Program-made: the position numbers and the translations under genes
The notes under the pieces: generated by a model
Databases searched by the model: none
Told to the model about the DNA's origin: nothing
Seen by the model: the letters and a program-made list of their open reading frames with translations, nothing else
Source: an uncultured Pseudomonadales bacterium
GTDB lineage: Bacteria > Pseudomonadota > Gammaproteobacteria > Pseudomonadales > Azotimanducaceae
Reading direction: 5' to 3'
Assembly: GCA_943788715.1 (NCBI GenBank)
Contig: CALSRI010000004.1
Coordinates: 29,876 to 93,875, forward strand
Length of the DNA: 64,000 bases
Shown: piece by piece, positions 52,299 to 60,361 of the stretch
Position numbering within the stretch: the stretch's first letter is position 1
Layout of the letters: each line of letters opens with the position of its first letter

Positions 52299-52700
52299 AT
52301 GTGGCTCTCGTCTTTAACTGAGCAACAGCGGCACGCGGCGTTGCGCCTGGCCCATAATGTAGTTGTATCCGACGGCATACTGGATCCAAATGAGGAAGGG
52401 ATGCTGGACGAGTTTCGACGCGAGATGGAGCTTCTTGATGGCACCGAGCTAGAATACCTAGAGCTAGACGGTATTGAAGAGGTTTTTGCGGATCGCCGCT
52501 CGCGCATGATTGTGCTACTAAACCTTTGCAAGCTTAGTTACGCAGATGGCGCATTCGAGATTGAAGAAGAATGCTTATTGCGTGAAATTAGTAAGGCGTT
52601 TGCTTTCTCTGATGATGATTTCAGGTTGGTAGACAATTGGGTCAAACGCATTTGCGCGCTTGAACAAGAAGCAAAAGTGATGATGGAAAGTGCTATTTAA
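52299..52700 (+). CDS. TerB-family (tellurite-resistance/DjlA-N-like) protein
   Basis: Duplicated metal-binding signature SDGILDPNE / ADGAFEIEE; start ATG 52299. Confidence 0.8.
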   Translation: MWLSSLTEQQRHAALRLAHNVVVSDGILDPNEEGMLDEFRREMELLDGTELEYLELDGIEEVFADRRSRMIVLLNLCKLSYADGAFEIEEECLLREISKAFAFSDDDFRLVDNWVKRICALEQEAKVMMESAI

Positions 52701-52758
52701 TTGGCTGTGTCGTGATTGTGTCGTCATTAATATGAACGCGACGAAGTAGGGGCCTGAG

Positions 52759-52968
52759 TTGGACCAAAAGGAAGACGAGCAACAGCTAAAAGAGTGGCTA
52801 GACAGACTGCTCTTGGAGCACCGTGATCTTGATGTGGCTATTCGGCACCTGACTGAGAGTCGGCATCATGACAGTATGAGAATACAGCGATTGAAACAGC
52901 GTAAGCTCAAACTTAAAGATACTATTCACAAAATTGAAAGTGAGCTGATTCCGGATTTAGACGCGTAA
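52759..52968 (+). CDS. DUF465/YdcH-family coiled-coil protein
   Basis: L..EHRDLD.AI........D...IQRLK.RKL.LKD.I...E..LIPDL.A; TTG start. Confidence 0.88.
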   Translation: MDQKEDEQQLKEWLDRLLLEHRDLDVAIRHLTESRHHDSMRIQRLKQRKLKLKDTIHKIESELIPDLDA

Positions 52969-53036
52969 AATAGCCTGCTCAAAGAGGCTGCTAAGAACTC
53001 TTCTGGCGTTAACCGGTTGCGCCAGCTCACAGGACG

Positions 53037-53948
53037 ATGGCCATGCAAATTTCACCTGACAAGCCTCTCACAGTAGCCATTTCCTCAACCGTCCTTTTTG
53101 ATTTAAGCACCTCAAACGACATCTACGAAGACCAAGGTTTAGAAGCCTACAGGCGCTACCAAATTGCGCAGGAAGATACTGTGCTAACGCCTGGCGAAGG
53201 CTTTTACCTTGCTGAAAAACTGCTTAATATCAATAAGTTATTGGGCAAACCTAAAGTTGAAATAATACTTTTGTCGCGTAATTCAGCAGATACAGGGCTG
53301 CGGGTATTTAACTCCATTAAAGCCCATGGCCTAGATATTACTCGGGCGGCATTTAGTGGCGGTCAGTCGCCGTATAGATATATCAACGCCTTCGATTGTG
53401 ATCTGTTCTTATCTTCCAATGCTGAGGATGTACGCCAAGCATTAAACCAAAATGTAGCTGCAGCAACTTTGATGGGAAGGAATAAGACCCAGCCCGGTGC
53501 GGAGCATGAAGTCCTCAAACTAGCCTTTGATGGAGATTCGGTACTGTTCTCAGATGAGGCGGAAATGGTCTACCAAACTCAGGGTCTAGAGGCATTTAGT
53601 GAGTCTGAATTGAATCAGGCAAACAGGGAGCTAGGTGGTGGGCCGTTTAAGGCTTTTCTGGGCGCCTTGCACAAATTGCAAAATGAGTTCCCCCAGGGCG
53701 AAAGCCCAATTCGTACCGCTTTGGTTACCGCTCGAGGTGCACCGGCACATGAGCGTGTTATACGCACATTGCGTGCCTGGGATATTCGATTAGACGAATC
53801 GCTCTTTCTTGGCGGTATGGACAAGACTGAGTTTTTACGTGCGTTTGAAGCAGACATCTTTTTTGATGATCATGCCGCTCACTGTGAGCGCGCTGCTGAT
53901 CATATTCCGACAGGTCACGTACCTCATGGCATTGTGAACCACAAATAG
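53037..53948 (+). CDS. 5'-nucleotidase (cN-I-like HAD family)
   Basis: VAISS..LFDL, LSRNSADTGLR, AFDGDSVLFSDEAE, RTALVTAR.APAHER and FFDD. Confidence 0.92.
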   Translation: MAMQISPDKPLTVAISSTVLFDLSTSNDIYEDQGLEAYRRYQIAQEDTVLTPGEGFYLAEKLLNINKLLGKPKVEIILLSRNSADTGLRVFNSIKAHGLDITRAAFSGGQSPYRYINAFDCDLFLSSNAEDVRQALNQNVAAATLMGRNKTQPGAEHEVLKLAFDGDSVLFSDEAEMVYQTQGLEAFSESELNQANRELGGGPFKAFLGALHKLQNEFPQGESPIRTALVTARGAPAHERVIRTLRAWDIRLDESLFLGGMDKTEFLRAFEADIFFDDHAAHCERAADHIPTGHVPHGIVNHK

Positions 53949-54146
53949 CTGGGACCTTTGCATAGATTTTCTGATTTTCAGTGGGGTGGTATTAACTCGG
54001 CAATGAAAAGGTGTTGTGTTTGGAAATAAACGAGATTTGACTAGCAGTTAGCAGTAGAATAGGAATATAAAATTAATTTTTTATAACTTTTAGGACTATC
54101 CTTATAGACTACTTCCACGTGTTGGGCTCAAACCCCGGGGACTACT

Positions 54147-55121
54147 ATGAAATTGCAGCAGCTAAGATATGTCTGGGAAGTTGCGAAAAACGATCTAAAC
54201 GTTTCTGCAACCGCTCAGGCACTTTTCACCTCCCAGCCCGGCGTGAGTAAACAGATCAGGCTGTTGGAAGATGAGCTGGGGATCGAGATATTTGTCCGCA
54301 GCGGCAAACACCTTACAGAAATCACCCATGTAGGTGAGCAGATTATTAGCATGGCGGGGGAGATTCTTGACCGCGCGCGAACCATCAAGGAAATTGCCCA
54401 AGAGCAATCCAATGAGGATCAAGGCTCATTAACCATTGCTACCACCCATACCCAAGCACGATATGCACTGCCCAAGGTTATTCAAAACTTCCGTACGAAG
54501 TACCCAAATGTTGCACTACATATGAATCAGGGTACTCCTGAACAAATATCACAGCTGGCTGCTTCTGGCGCCGCTGATTTCGCTATTGCCACAGAGGGTA
54601 TGGAGTTGTTCAAGGACCTAGTTATGATGCCGTGTTATCGGTGGAACAGGTCGGTAGTTGTACCTAAAGATCACCCGCTAGCCCTAAGGGGTCAGCTCAC
54701 GCTTAAAGATTTGGCTGAACATCCACTGGTTACTTATGTGTTTGGCTTTACTGGCCGCTCCAAACTCGATGATGCGTTTGGTCAGGCAGGGCTGGCGCCT
54801 AACGTTGTATTTACAGCGACAGATACAGATGTCATTAAGACCTATGTTCGCTTAGGGATAGGTGTGGGTATTATCGCTTCAATGGCCTATGACGAAGAGC
54901 AAGATGCTGATTTGGTCAGATTAGATGCGAGTCACTTGTTTGAATCTAGTGTGACGCATATTGGCTTTCGTCGCGGCACATTCTTGCGCCGCTACATGTT
55001 GGATTTGATTAGCGAGTTTGCACCTCATTTGGATGACCGTATTGTTCAGGAAGCTCAGGCGTGTTTTACCACGGCTGAGAGAGAGGAGCTATTTTCTGAG
55101 GTAGATCTGCCTCACCGGTGA
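54147..55121 (+). CDS. cysB: LysR-type cysteine regulon activator
   Basis: MKLQQLRY, LFTSQPGVSKQIRLLEDELG, ATTHTQARYALP, TYVFGFTGRS and DVIKTYVR.G.GVG. Confidence 0.96.
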   Translation: MKLQQLRYVWEVAKNDLNVSATAQALFTSQPGVSKQIRLLEDELGIEIFVRSGKHLTEITHVGEQIISMAGEILDRARTIKEIAQEQSNEDQGSLTIATTHTQARYALPKVIQNFRTKYPNVALHMNQGTPEQISQLAASGAADFAIATEGMELFKDLVMMPCYRWNRSVVVPKDHPLALRGQLTLKDLAEHPLVTYVFGFTGRSKLDDAFGQAGLAPNVVFTATDTDVIKTYVRLGIGVGIIASMAYDEEQDADLVRLDASHLFESSVTHIGFRRGTFLRRYMLDLISEFAPHLDDRIVQEAQACFTTAEREELFSEVDLPHR

Positions 55122-55265
55122 ATTATGGTAAGGCTCTCTTTTAGAGAGAGGTAGCCTATGCATGGGGTTTCTTGCAAGCAGGGGAAGCTAGATGCCTAGC
55201 TACAGCCTGAGGTATTTCAAAGGGTTGCTATACCCAGAATTGGTCTTAGGAAGGGGTGCATAAAT

Positions 55266-56003
55266 TCAGTCGGTGGCAATAATATTCACCACATTTTGAC
55301 TGTGCAGACCGCATTCTTTTTTGGTTTCTTCCTCCCACCACCAGCGCCCAGCTCTTTCATGTTCCTGTGGGCCAATTGCTCGCGTGCAAGGTTGGCAGCC
55401 AATTGAGACAAAACCGCGCTCGTGCAGAGGATTGTAGGGTACTTCATTGACTCTTATGTACTGCCACACATCTGCTGATGTCCATTCGGCTAGTGGGTTG
55501 AACTTGGTCAATTCATTGTCTGGGGTCGAGAAGGCTGCATCTATTTGTTCAAGGGGAACATCCGTGCGAGTCACGCTCTGGTCTTTGCGCTGCCCGGTTA
55601 TCCAAGCCTTTAAGTGACTGAGCTTTTGCCTTAAGGGCTGAATTTTTCTGACGCCGCAGCATTCGCCGTGACCGTCTTCGCGGAAGCTGAAAAGGCCTTT
55701 CTCTCTGACTAAGTCGCCTAGTGCCTTGGCGTCTGGGGACAGTAGCTCTATAGGTGTTGCGTATTGGGTTCTGATCTTTTCTATAAATTCATAGGTTTCA
55801 GGGTGTAGGCGCCCAGTGTCAAGGGAGAACACATCTACCGTGTAGCCCAAGCGGTGTATCATATCTATTAGCACAACATCCTCGGCACCACTAAACGACA
55901 CAGCGATACTGCCACTTTCAAATCGAGTCAATGCATCGGTCAAAAGTGCCTTGGTTGAGGCTATTAGACTATTGCTTTCGTTTTGTGCATGTTCCAGGGC
56001 CAT
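55266..56003 (-). CDS. cysH: adenylylsulfate reductase, thioredoxin-dependent (Fe-S type CysH)
   Basis: [34 protein letters not shown] and ECGLH. Start ATG 56003 behind AAGGA. Confidence 0.94.
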   Translation of the reverse strand: MALEHAQNESNSLIASTKALLTDALTRFESGSIAVSFSGAEDVVLIDMIHRLGYTVDVFSLDTGRLHPETYEFIEKIRTQYATPIELLSPDAKALGDLVREKGLFSFREDGHGECCGVRKIQPLRQKLSHLKAWITGQRKDQSVTRTDVPLEQIDAAFSTPDNELTKFNPLAEWTSADVWQYIRVNEVPYNPLHERGFVSIGCQPCTRAIGPQEHERAGRWWWEEETKKECGLHSQNVVNIIATD

Positions 56004-56153
56004 TGCTGCTACTTTCCTTAGGCTAAATCGGTGGGAAAAGGGCACGCTTGTGTGCCTCCTTTCATTTGACCAGCGCAGGCTACCAGCGCAAAAGTTTAAA
56101 AAAAAAGAACATCTTGCTATATGCTTACGCCAAATTATTTTGTGGGGTCGATT

Positions 56154-56753
56154 TTGGATATTTTGTGTTTGGATCTAGAGGGGGTTTTGGTGCCAGAGGT
56201 ATGGCAAGCAGTGGCTAAAGAGACTCAGTTACCTGAGTTGCTCAAGACCACTCGGGACATACCTGTGTATGAGGATCTTATGGATTATCGGCTAGATATC
56301 TTGCGTGCCCAAGGCATTACGCTTACTGATATTCAAAACGAGATTGCGAAATTGACGCCATTGGATGGTGCTAAAGAGTTTCTTGATTGGGCGGGTGAGA
56401 GGTTTCAGGTTGCTATTATTTCAGACACCTTTTACGAGTTCGCCGGGCCGCTCATGGTACAGCTAGGTGATCCATTTTTGCTCTGCCACAAACTGATTGT
56501 GGAAGACGATCGTGTGGTGGGCTATAAGCTGCGTCAGACAGATCCTAAGCGACATTCTGTAAAAGCCTTTAAGTCACTAGATTTACGCGTTATTGCGGCG
56601 GGAGATTCGTTTAACGATGTGTCGATGCTAGAAGAGGCAGATCATGGCATTTTCTTTCAGGCACCGGAGAATGTACGTGCACAGTTTCCGCAGTATCCTC
56701 TGGCAGCAGATTACACAGAGCTGCAAGCTTTGATCGAACAGGCTGTAGGCTAG
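56154..56753 (+). CDS. thrH: phosphoserine phosphatase/homoserine phosphotransferase
   Basis: [27 protein letters not shown] and AAGDSFND. Start moved to TTG 56154. Confidence 0.95.
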   Translation: MDILCLDLEGVLVPEVWQAVAKETQLPELLKTTRDIPVYEDLMDYRLDILRAQGITLTDIQNEIAKLTPLDGAKEFLDWAGERFQVAIISDTFYEFAGPLMVQLGDPFLLCHKLIVEDDRVVGYKLRQTDPKRHSVKAFKSLDLRVIAAGDSFNDVSMLEEADHGIFFQAPENVRAQFPQYPLAADYTELQALIEQAVG

Positions 56754-56904
56754 GTGTCTGCTAATAAGGTAGAATACTACGCAGACTAAAACCTCTAGAT
56801 TTATCCTAGTGGAACAAAATACTTAACCGAACAACACGGTTAGAATGCCGAGCAACCCATACTAATAAGGTGGTCGGGTTGGAAAATTGGAGAAAAAAAC
56901 CAGC

Positions 56905-57777
56905 ATGAGTCAAGGAAAGAAGTTTCGCGCAGCTATGGCCAGTGAAAAACCGTTACAAATTCCAGGCACCATTAACGCCTATACCGCATTGATGGCGGAG
57001 CGGGTCGGCTACAAAGCCATATATTTGTCAGGTGGCGGTGTCGCTAATGCCTCTTATGGTTTGCCTGACCTAGGTATGACCTCGCTCAATGATGTACTTG
57101 AGGATGTACGTCGCATTACTGCAGCGTCTAGTGTGCCTTTATTAGTGGACATAGACACAGGTTGGGGCGGTGCATTTAATATTGCGCGTACGATTAAAGA
57201 TATGACTGCAGCTGGTGCAGCAGCAGTGCACATAGAAGACCAAGTTGCGCAAAAACGTTGCGGTCATAGACCTAATAAGTCGATTGTTTCGGTAACAGAG
57301 ATGGTTGACCGGATTAAAGCGGCAGTTGATGCCAAGACAGATCCAGATTTTGTCGTTATGGCTAGAACGGACGCACTGGCTGTAGATGGTATGAACGCGG
57401 TTGTAGATCGTGCTGGTGCATTTGCCGAGGCTGGCGCTGACGCGATTTTTGCTGAAGCAATGACGGAAATTGGTATGTATGCACCTATCGTTGAGGCGGC
57501 TGGTATTCCTGTTTTGGCGAATTTAACTGAATTTGGCGAGACACCCCTGTACACAGCGGATGAACTTGCAGCGGTAGATATTGCAATGGCTTTGTATCCG
57601 CTGTCCGCTTTTAGAGCTATGAATAAGGCGGCTCTAAACGTCTATCAGGCTATTCGTGATGAAGGTACGCAAACCTCGGTAGTGGACACTATGCAAACTC
57701 GTATGGAGCTTTATGATTTCTTGGGCTATCACGAGTATGAGCAAAAGTTAGATCGTCTTTTTGCTGAGCAAGCTTAG
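56905..57777 (+). CDS. prpB: 2-methylisocitrate lyase
   Basis: [26 protein letters not shown] and MARTDA. Start ATG 56905. Confidence 0.96.
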   Translation: MSQGKKFRAAMASEKPLQIPGTINAYTALMAERVGYKAIYLSGGGVANASYGLPDLGMTSLNDVLEDVRRITAASSVPLLVDIDTGWGGAFNIARTIKDMTAAGAAAVHIEDQVAQKRCGHRPNKSIVSVTEMVDRIKAAVDAKTDPDFVVMARTDALAVDGMNAVVDRAGAFAEAGADAIFAEAMTEIGMYAPIVEAAGIPVLANLTEFGETPLYTADELAAVDIAMALYPLSAFRAMNKAALNVYQAIRDEGTQTSVVDTMQTRMELYDFLGYHEYEQKLDRLFAEQA

Positions 57778-57838
57778 GACTGACAGGCTGGTTCGGCGCT
57801 AGTTGAACGCAAAAAATAGATTTTTGAGGAGAGGGACA

Positions 57839-58963
57839 ATGGTAGAGAAAGTATTAGGCGGAGCAGGGCTGCGTGGACAAAGCGCAGGAACAACTGAGCT
57901 TTGCACAGTTGGCTTAAGTGGCACGGGTCTCACCTATCGTGGTTATGATATTTCTGACCTTGCTGATAACGCGACTTTTGAAGAAGTAGCCTACCTGATG
58001 TTTCATGGCGAATTGCCCAACCAAGCGCAGTTAGATGGCTACCGAGCTGTGCTCAAGGCTAATAGAGAGTTGCCACAGGCATTGTTAGAGGTGTTAGAGC
58101 GCATTCCAGCCTCAGCACATCCTATGGATGTGTTACGCACGGGTTGTTCTATGCTGGGTAATTTAGAGCCAGAAGATGGCTTTGAAAACCAACAGCGTGC
58201 GGCGGATCGTTTGTTAGGTGCATTGCCGGGTATTATTAACTATTGGTATCGCTTCAGTCATGAAGGCGTACGTATTGAGACTGATACCGGTGCAGAGTCT
58301 CTAGCAGGCCATTTCTTGCAAACGCTAACAGGCGAGAAGCCCAGCGAATTGCACGAACGAATAATGGATATTTCTCTAATTCTATATGCCGAGCATGAAT
58401 TTAATGCCTCGACATTTACCGCGCGAGTTTGTGCTTCTACTTTGTCGGACATGCATTCTTGCGTTACCGGTGCCATAGGTTCGCTGCGCGGTCCACTGCA
58501 CGGTGGCGCCAATGAAGCGGCCATGGAGTTGATCGAGAAGTTCTCTTCTGCTGAAGAAGCTACCGCTGGAATCTTGGGTATGCTGGAGCGCAAAGATAAA
58601 ATTATGGGCTTTGGTCACGCGATCTATCGTACTTCAGATCCGCGTAATGTCATTATTAAGAAGTGGGCAGAAAAGCTGGCAGCAGAAGTGGGCGATACCG
58701 TTTTGTACCCTGTTTCTTGTGCAGTTGAAAAAGTGATGTGGGACGAGAAAGAACTATTTGCTAACGCAGACTTTTTCCACGCCTCCACATACAACTTTAT
58801 GGGTATTCCCACCAAGTTGTTTACACCAATCTTTGTATGCTCAAGAGTTTCTGGATGGGCAGCTCATGTGATGGAGCAGCGCGAGAATAATCGTATTATT
58901 CGTCCTAGCGCAGACTACATTGGGCCAGAACCCAGAGTTTTGGCGCCAATCGGCCAGCGATAA
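57839..58963 (+). CDS. prpC: 2-methylcitrate synthase
   Basis: GLRGQSAG, HPMDV.RT, YAEHEFNASTF, GPLHGGANE, MGFGH and NADFF; follows prpB. Start ATG 57839. Confidence 0.95.
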   Translation: MVEKVLGGAGLRGQSAGTTELCTVGLSGTGLTYRGYDISDLADNATFEEVAYLMFHGELPNQAQLDGYRAVLKANRELPQALLEVLERIPASAHPMDVLRTGCSMLGNLEPEDGFENQQRAADRLLGALPGIINYWYRFSHEGVRIETDTGAESLAGHFLQTLTGEKPSELHERIMDISLILYAEHEFNASTFTARVCASTLSDMHSCVTGAIGSLRGPLHGGANEAAMELIEKFSSAEEATAGILGMLERKDKIMGFGHAIYRTSDPRNVIIKKWAEKLAAEVGDTVLYPVSCAVEKVMWDEKELFANADFFHASTYNFMGIPTKLFTPIFVCSRVSGWAAHVMEQRENNRIIRPSADYIGPEPRVLAPIGQR

Positions 58964-59058
58964 CGTTGGCAGAGTCGCGTGTTAAAGCGTTAGCTGCGAG
59001 CCAGCAAAGCGGGTGGCTAGCTTATAGGTGCTGTGGTTCCGCGATACGGGTTCGGCAA

Positions 59059-59100
59059 TAAGAGTTCTGCTTTAAGAGGCCTGCTATAAGAGGTTATAGA
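59059..59100 (+). repeat. three TAAGAG-initiated units with 14-bp period
   Basis: TAAGAGTTCTGCTT / TAAGAGGCCTGCTA / TAAGAGGTTATAGA. Confidence 0.7.
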
Positions 59101-59120
59101 GTGTTCTATAACCTTTTTTT
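59091..59120 (+). terminator. intrinsic terminator between prpC and prpF
   Basis: AGGTTATAGA-GTGT-TCTATAACCT followed by a T-run. Confidence 0.85.
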
Positions 59121-59151
59121 GCGTGGCGCTTCTAAAGGCTAAGTCAGTAGG

Positions 59152-60333
59152 TTAGAACGAATCGCCCGGAATTCTTACCCAACCTTCCATTAGCACGCGA
59201 GCGCTTCTGCTCATACTTGCCTTGCTCACAGTCCATTCTTGATCGACCAAATCCGCCGCAGCGCCTACTTTTAGCGTGCCTGATGGATGGCCAAATTTAA
59301 CCGCTTCTAGCTCACCACCGCCTGCAGCAAGGTTAACCAGTGTGCCGGGGATTGCCGCAGCTGCGCCGATTGCAACAGCTGCGGTACCCATCATGGCGTG
59401 GTGTAGTTTGCCCATAGACAAGGCGCGGACTTGTAGGTCGATATCAGCAGCAGCAATGTCTTTGCCGCTGGACGATGTATAAGCCTTGGGTTTAGAGACA
59501 AAGGCTACTTTTGGCGTATGTTGACGCCCTTGGGCGTCCGACAGGTCACTGATCAACCCCATACGCAATGCGCCATGTGCACGAATGTTCTCAAATAGTG
59601 CCAAGGCTTTTTCATCATTGTTAATATCATCTTGAAGTTCGCTGCCGCTATAACCAATTTCTTCAGCGTTCAAAAAGATGGTGGGAATACCCGCGTTGAT
59701 CATGGTGGCTTTTAAAGAACCCACGCCCGAAACGTCTAGGTCATCAACCAAGTTGCCAGTAGGGAACATGGAGCCGCCGTCATCATCTGCAGGTTCCAGA
59801 AAATCCAACTGTACTTCAGCGGCCGGGAATGTGACGCCGTCCAATTCGAAATCTCCGGTTTCGCACACTTCGCCGTTTTGCATTGGCACATGGGCAATAA
59901 TCGACTTGCTAATGTTTGCTTGCCATATGCGCACAACGGCAACGCCATTTGCGGGCACGCGATTTCGATCCAGTAAATTATTTGCAATGGCAAACGCACC
60001 TACCGCAGCGGATAAGTTGCCGCAATTACCACTCCAATCTACGAAAGCTTTATCTATAGCTACTTGACCGAATAGGTAGTCCACATCGTGATCTGCAACT
60101 GTACTTTTTGCCAAAATAACTGATTTGCTGGTGCTTGATGTTGCGCCCCCCATGCCATCTGTTTGTTTACCATAAGGGTCAGGGCTGCCTATGACACGCA
60201 GGATCAAATTATCTCTCGCAGGCCCGGGAACTTGCGCAGCTTCCGGCAGTTCAGTTAGATTGAAAAAGACACCTTTACTGGTGCCTCCGCGCATATAAGT
60301 TGCGGGGATTTTTATTTGCGGTACGTGTGACAT
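59152..60333 (-). CDS. prpF: 2-methylaconitate cis-trans isomerase
   Basis: MRGGTSKG, QTDGMGGATSSTSK, GNCGNL, SMGKLHHAMMGT and HPSG. Start ATG 60333. Confidence 0.96.
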   Translation of the reverse strand: MSHVPQIKIPATYMRGGTSKGVFFNLTELPEAAQVPGPARDNLILRVIGSPDPYGKQTDGMGGATSSTSKSVILAKSTVADHDVDYLFGQVAIDKAFVDWSGNCGNLSAAVGAFAIANNLLDRNRVPANGVAVVRIWQANISKSIIAHVPMQNGEVCETGDFELDGVTFPAAEVQLDFLEPADDDGGSMFPTGNLVDDLDVSGVGSLKATMINAGIPTIFLNAEEIGYSGSELQDDINNDEKALALFENIRAHGALRMGLISDLSDAQGRQHTPKVAFVSKPKAYTSSSGKDIAAADIDLQVRALSMGKLHHAMMGTAAVAIGAAAAIPGTLVNLAAGGGELEAVKFGHPSGTLKVGAAADLVDQEWTVSKASMSRSARVLMEGWVRIPGDSF

Positions 60334-60361
60334 TTCACTGAATCCTAAATATCGGCTGTTA

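Noticed and set aside
56098-56106. A9 tract in the cysH/thrH divergent spacer as a phase-variation switch
   Set aside because: Short homopolymer between housekeeping genes, with no evidence of length variation.
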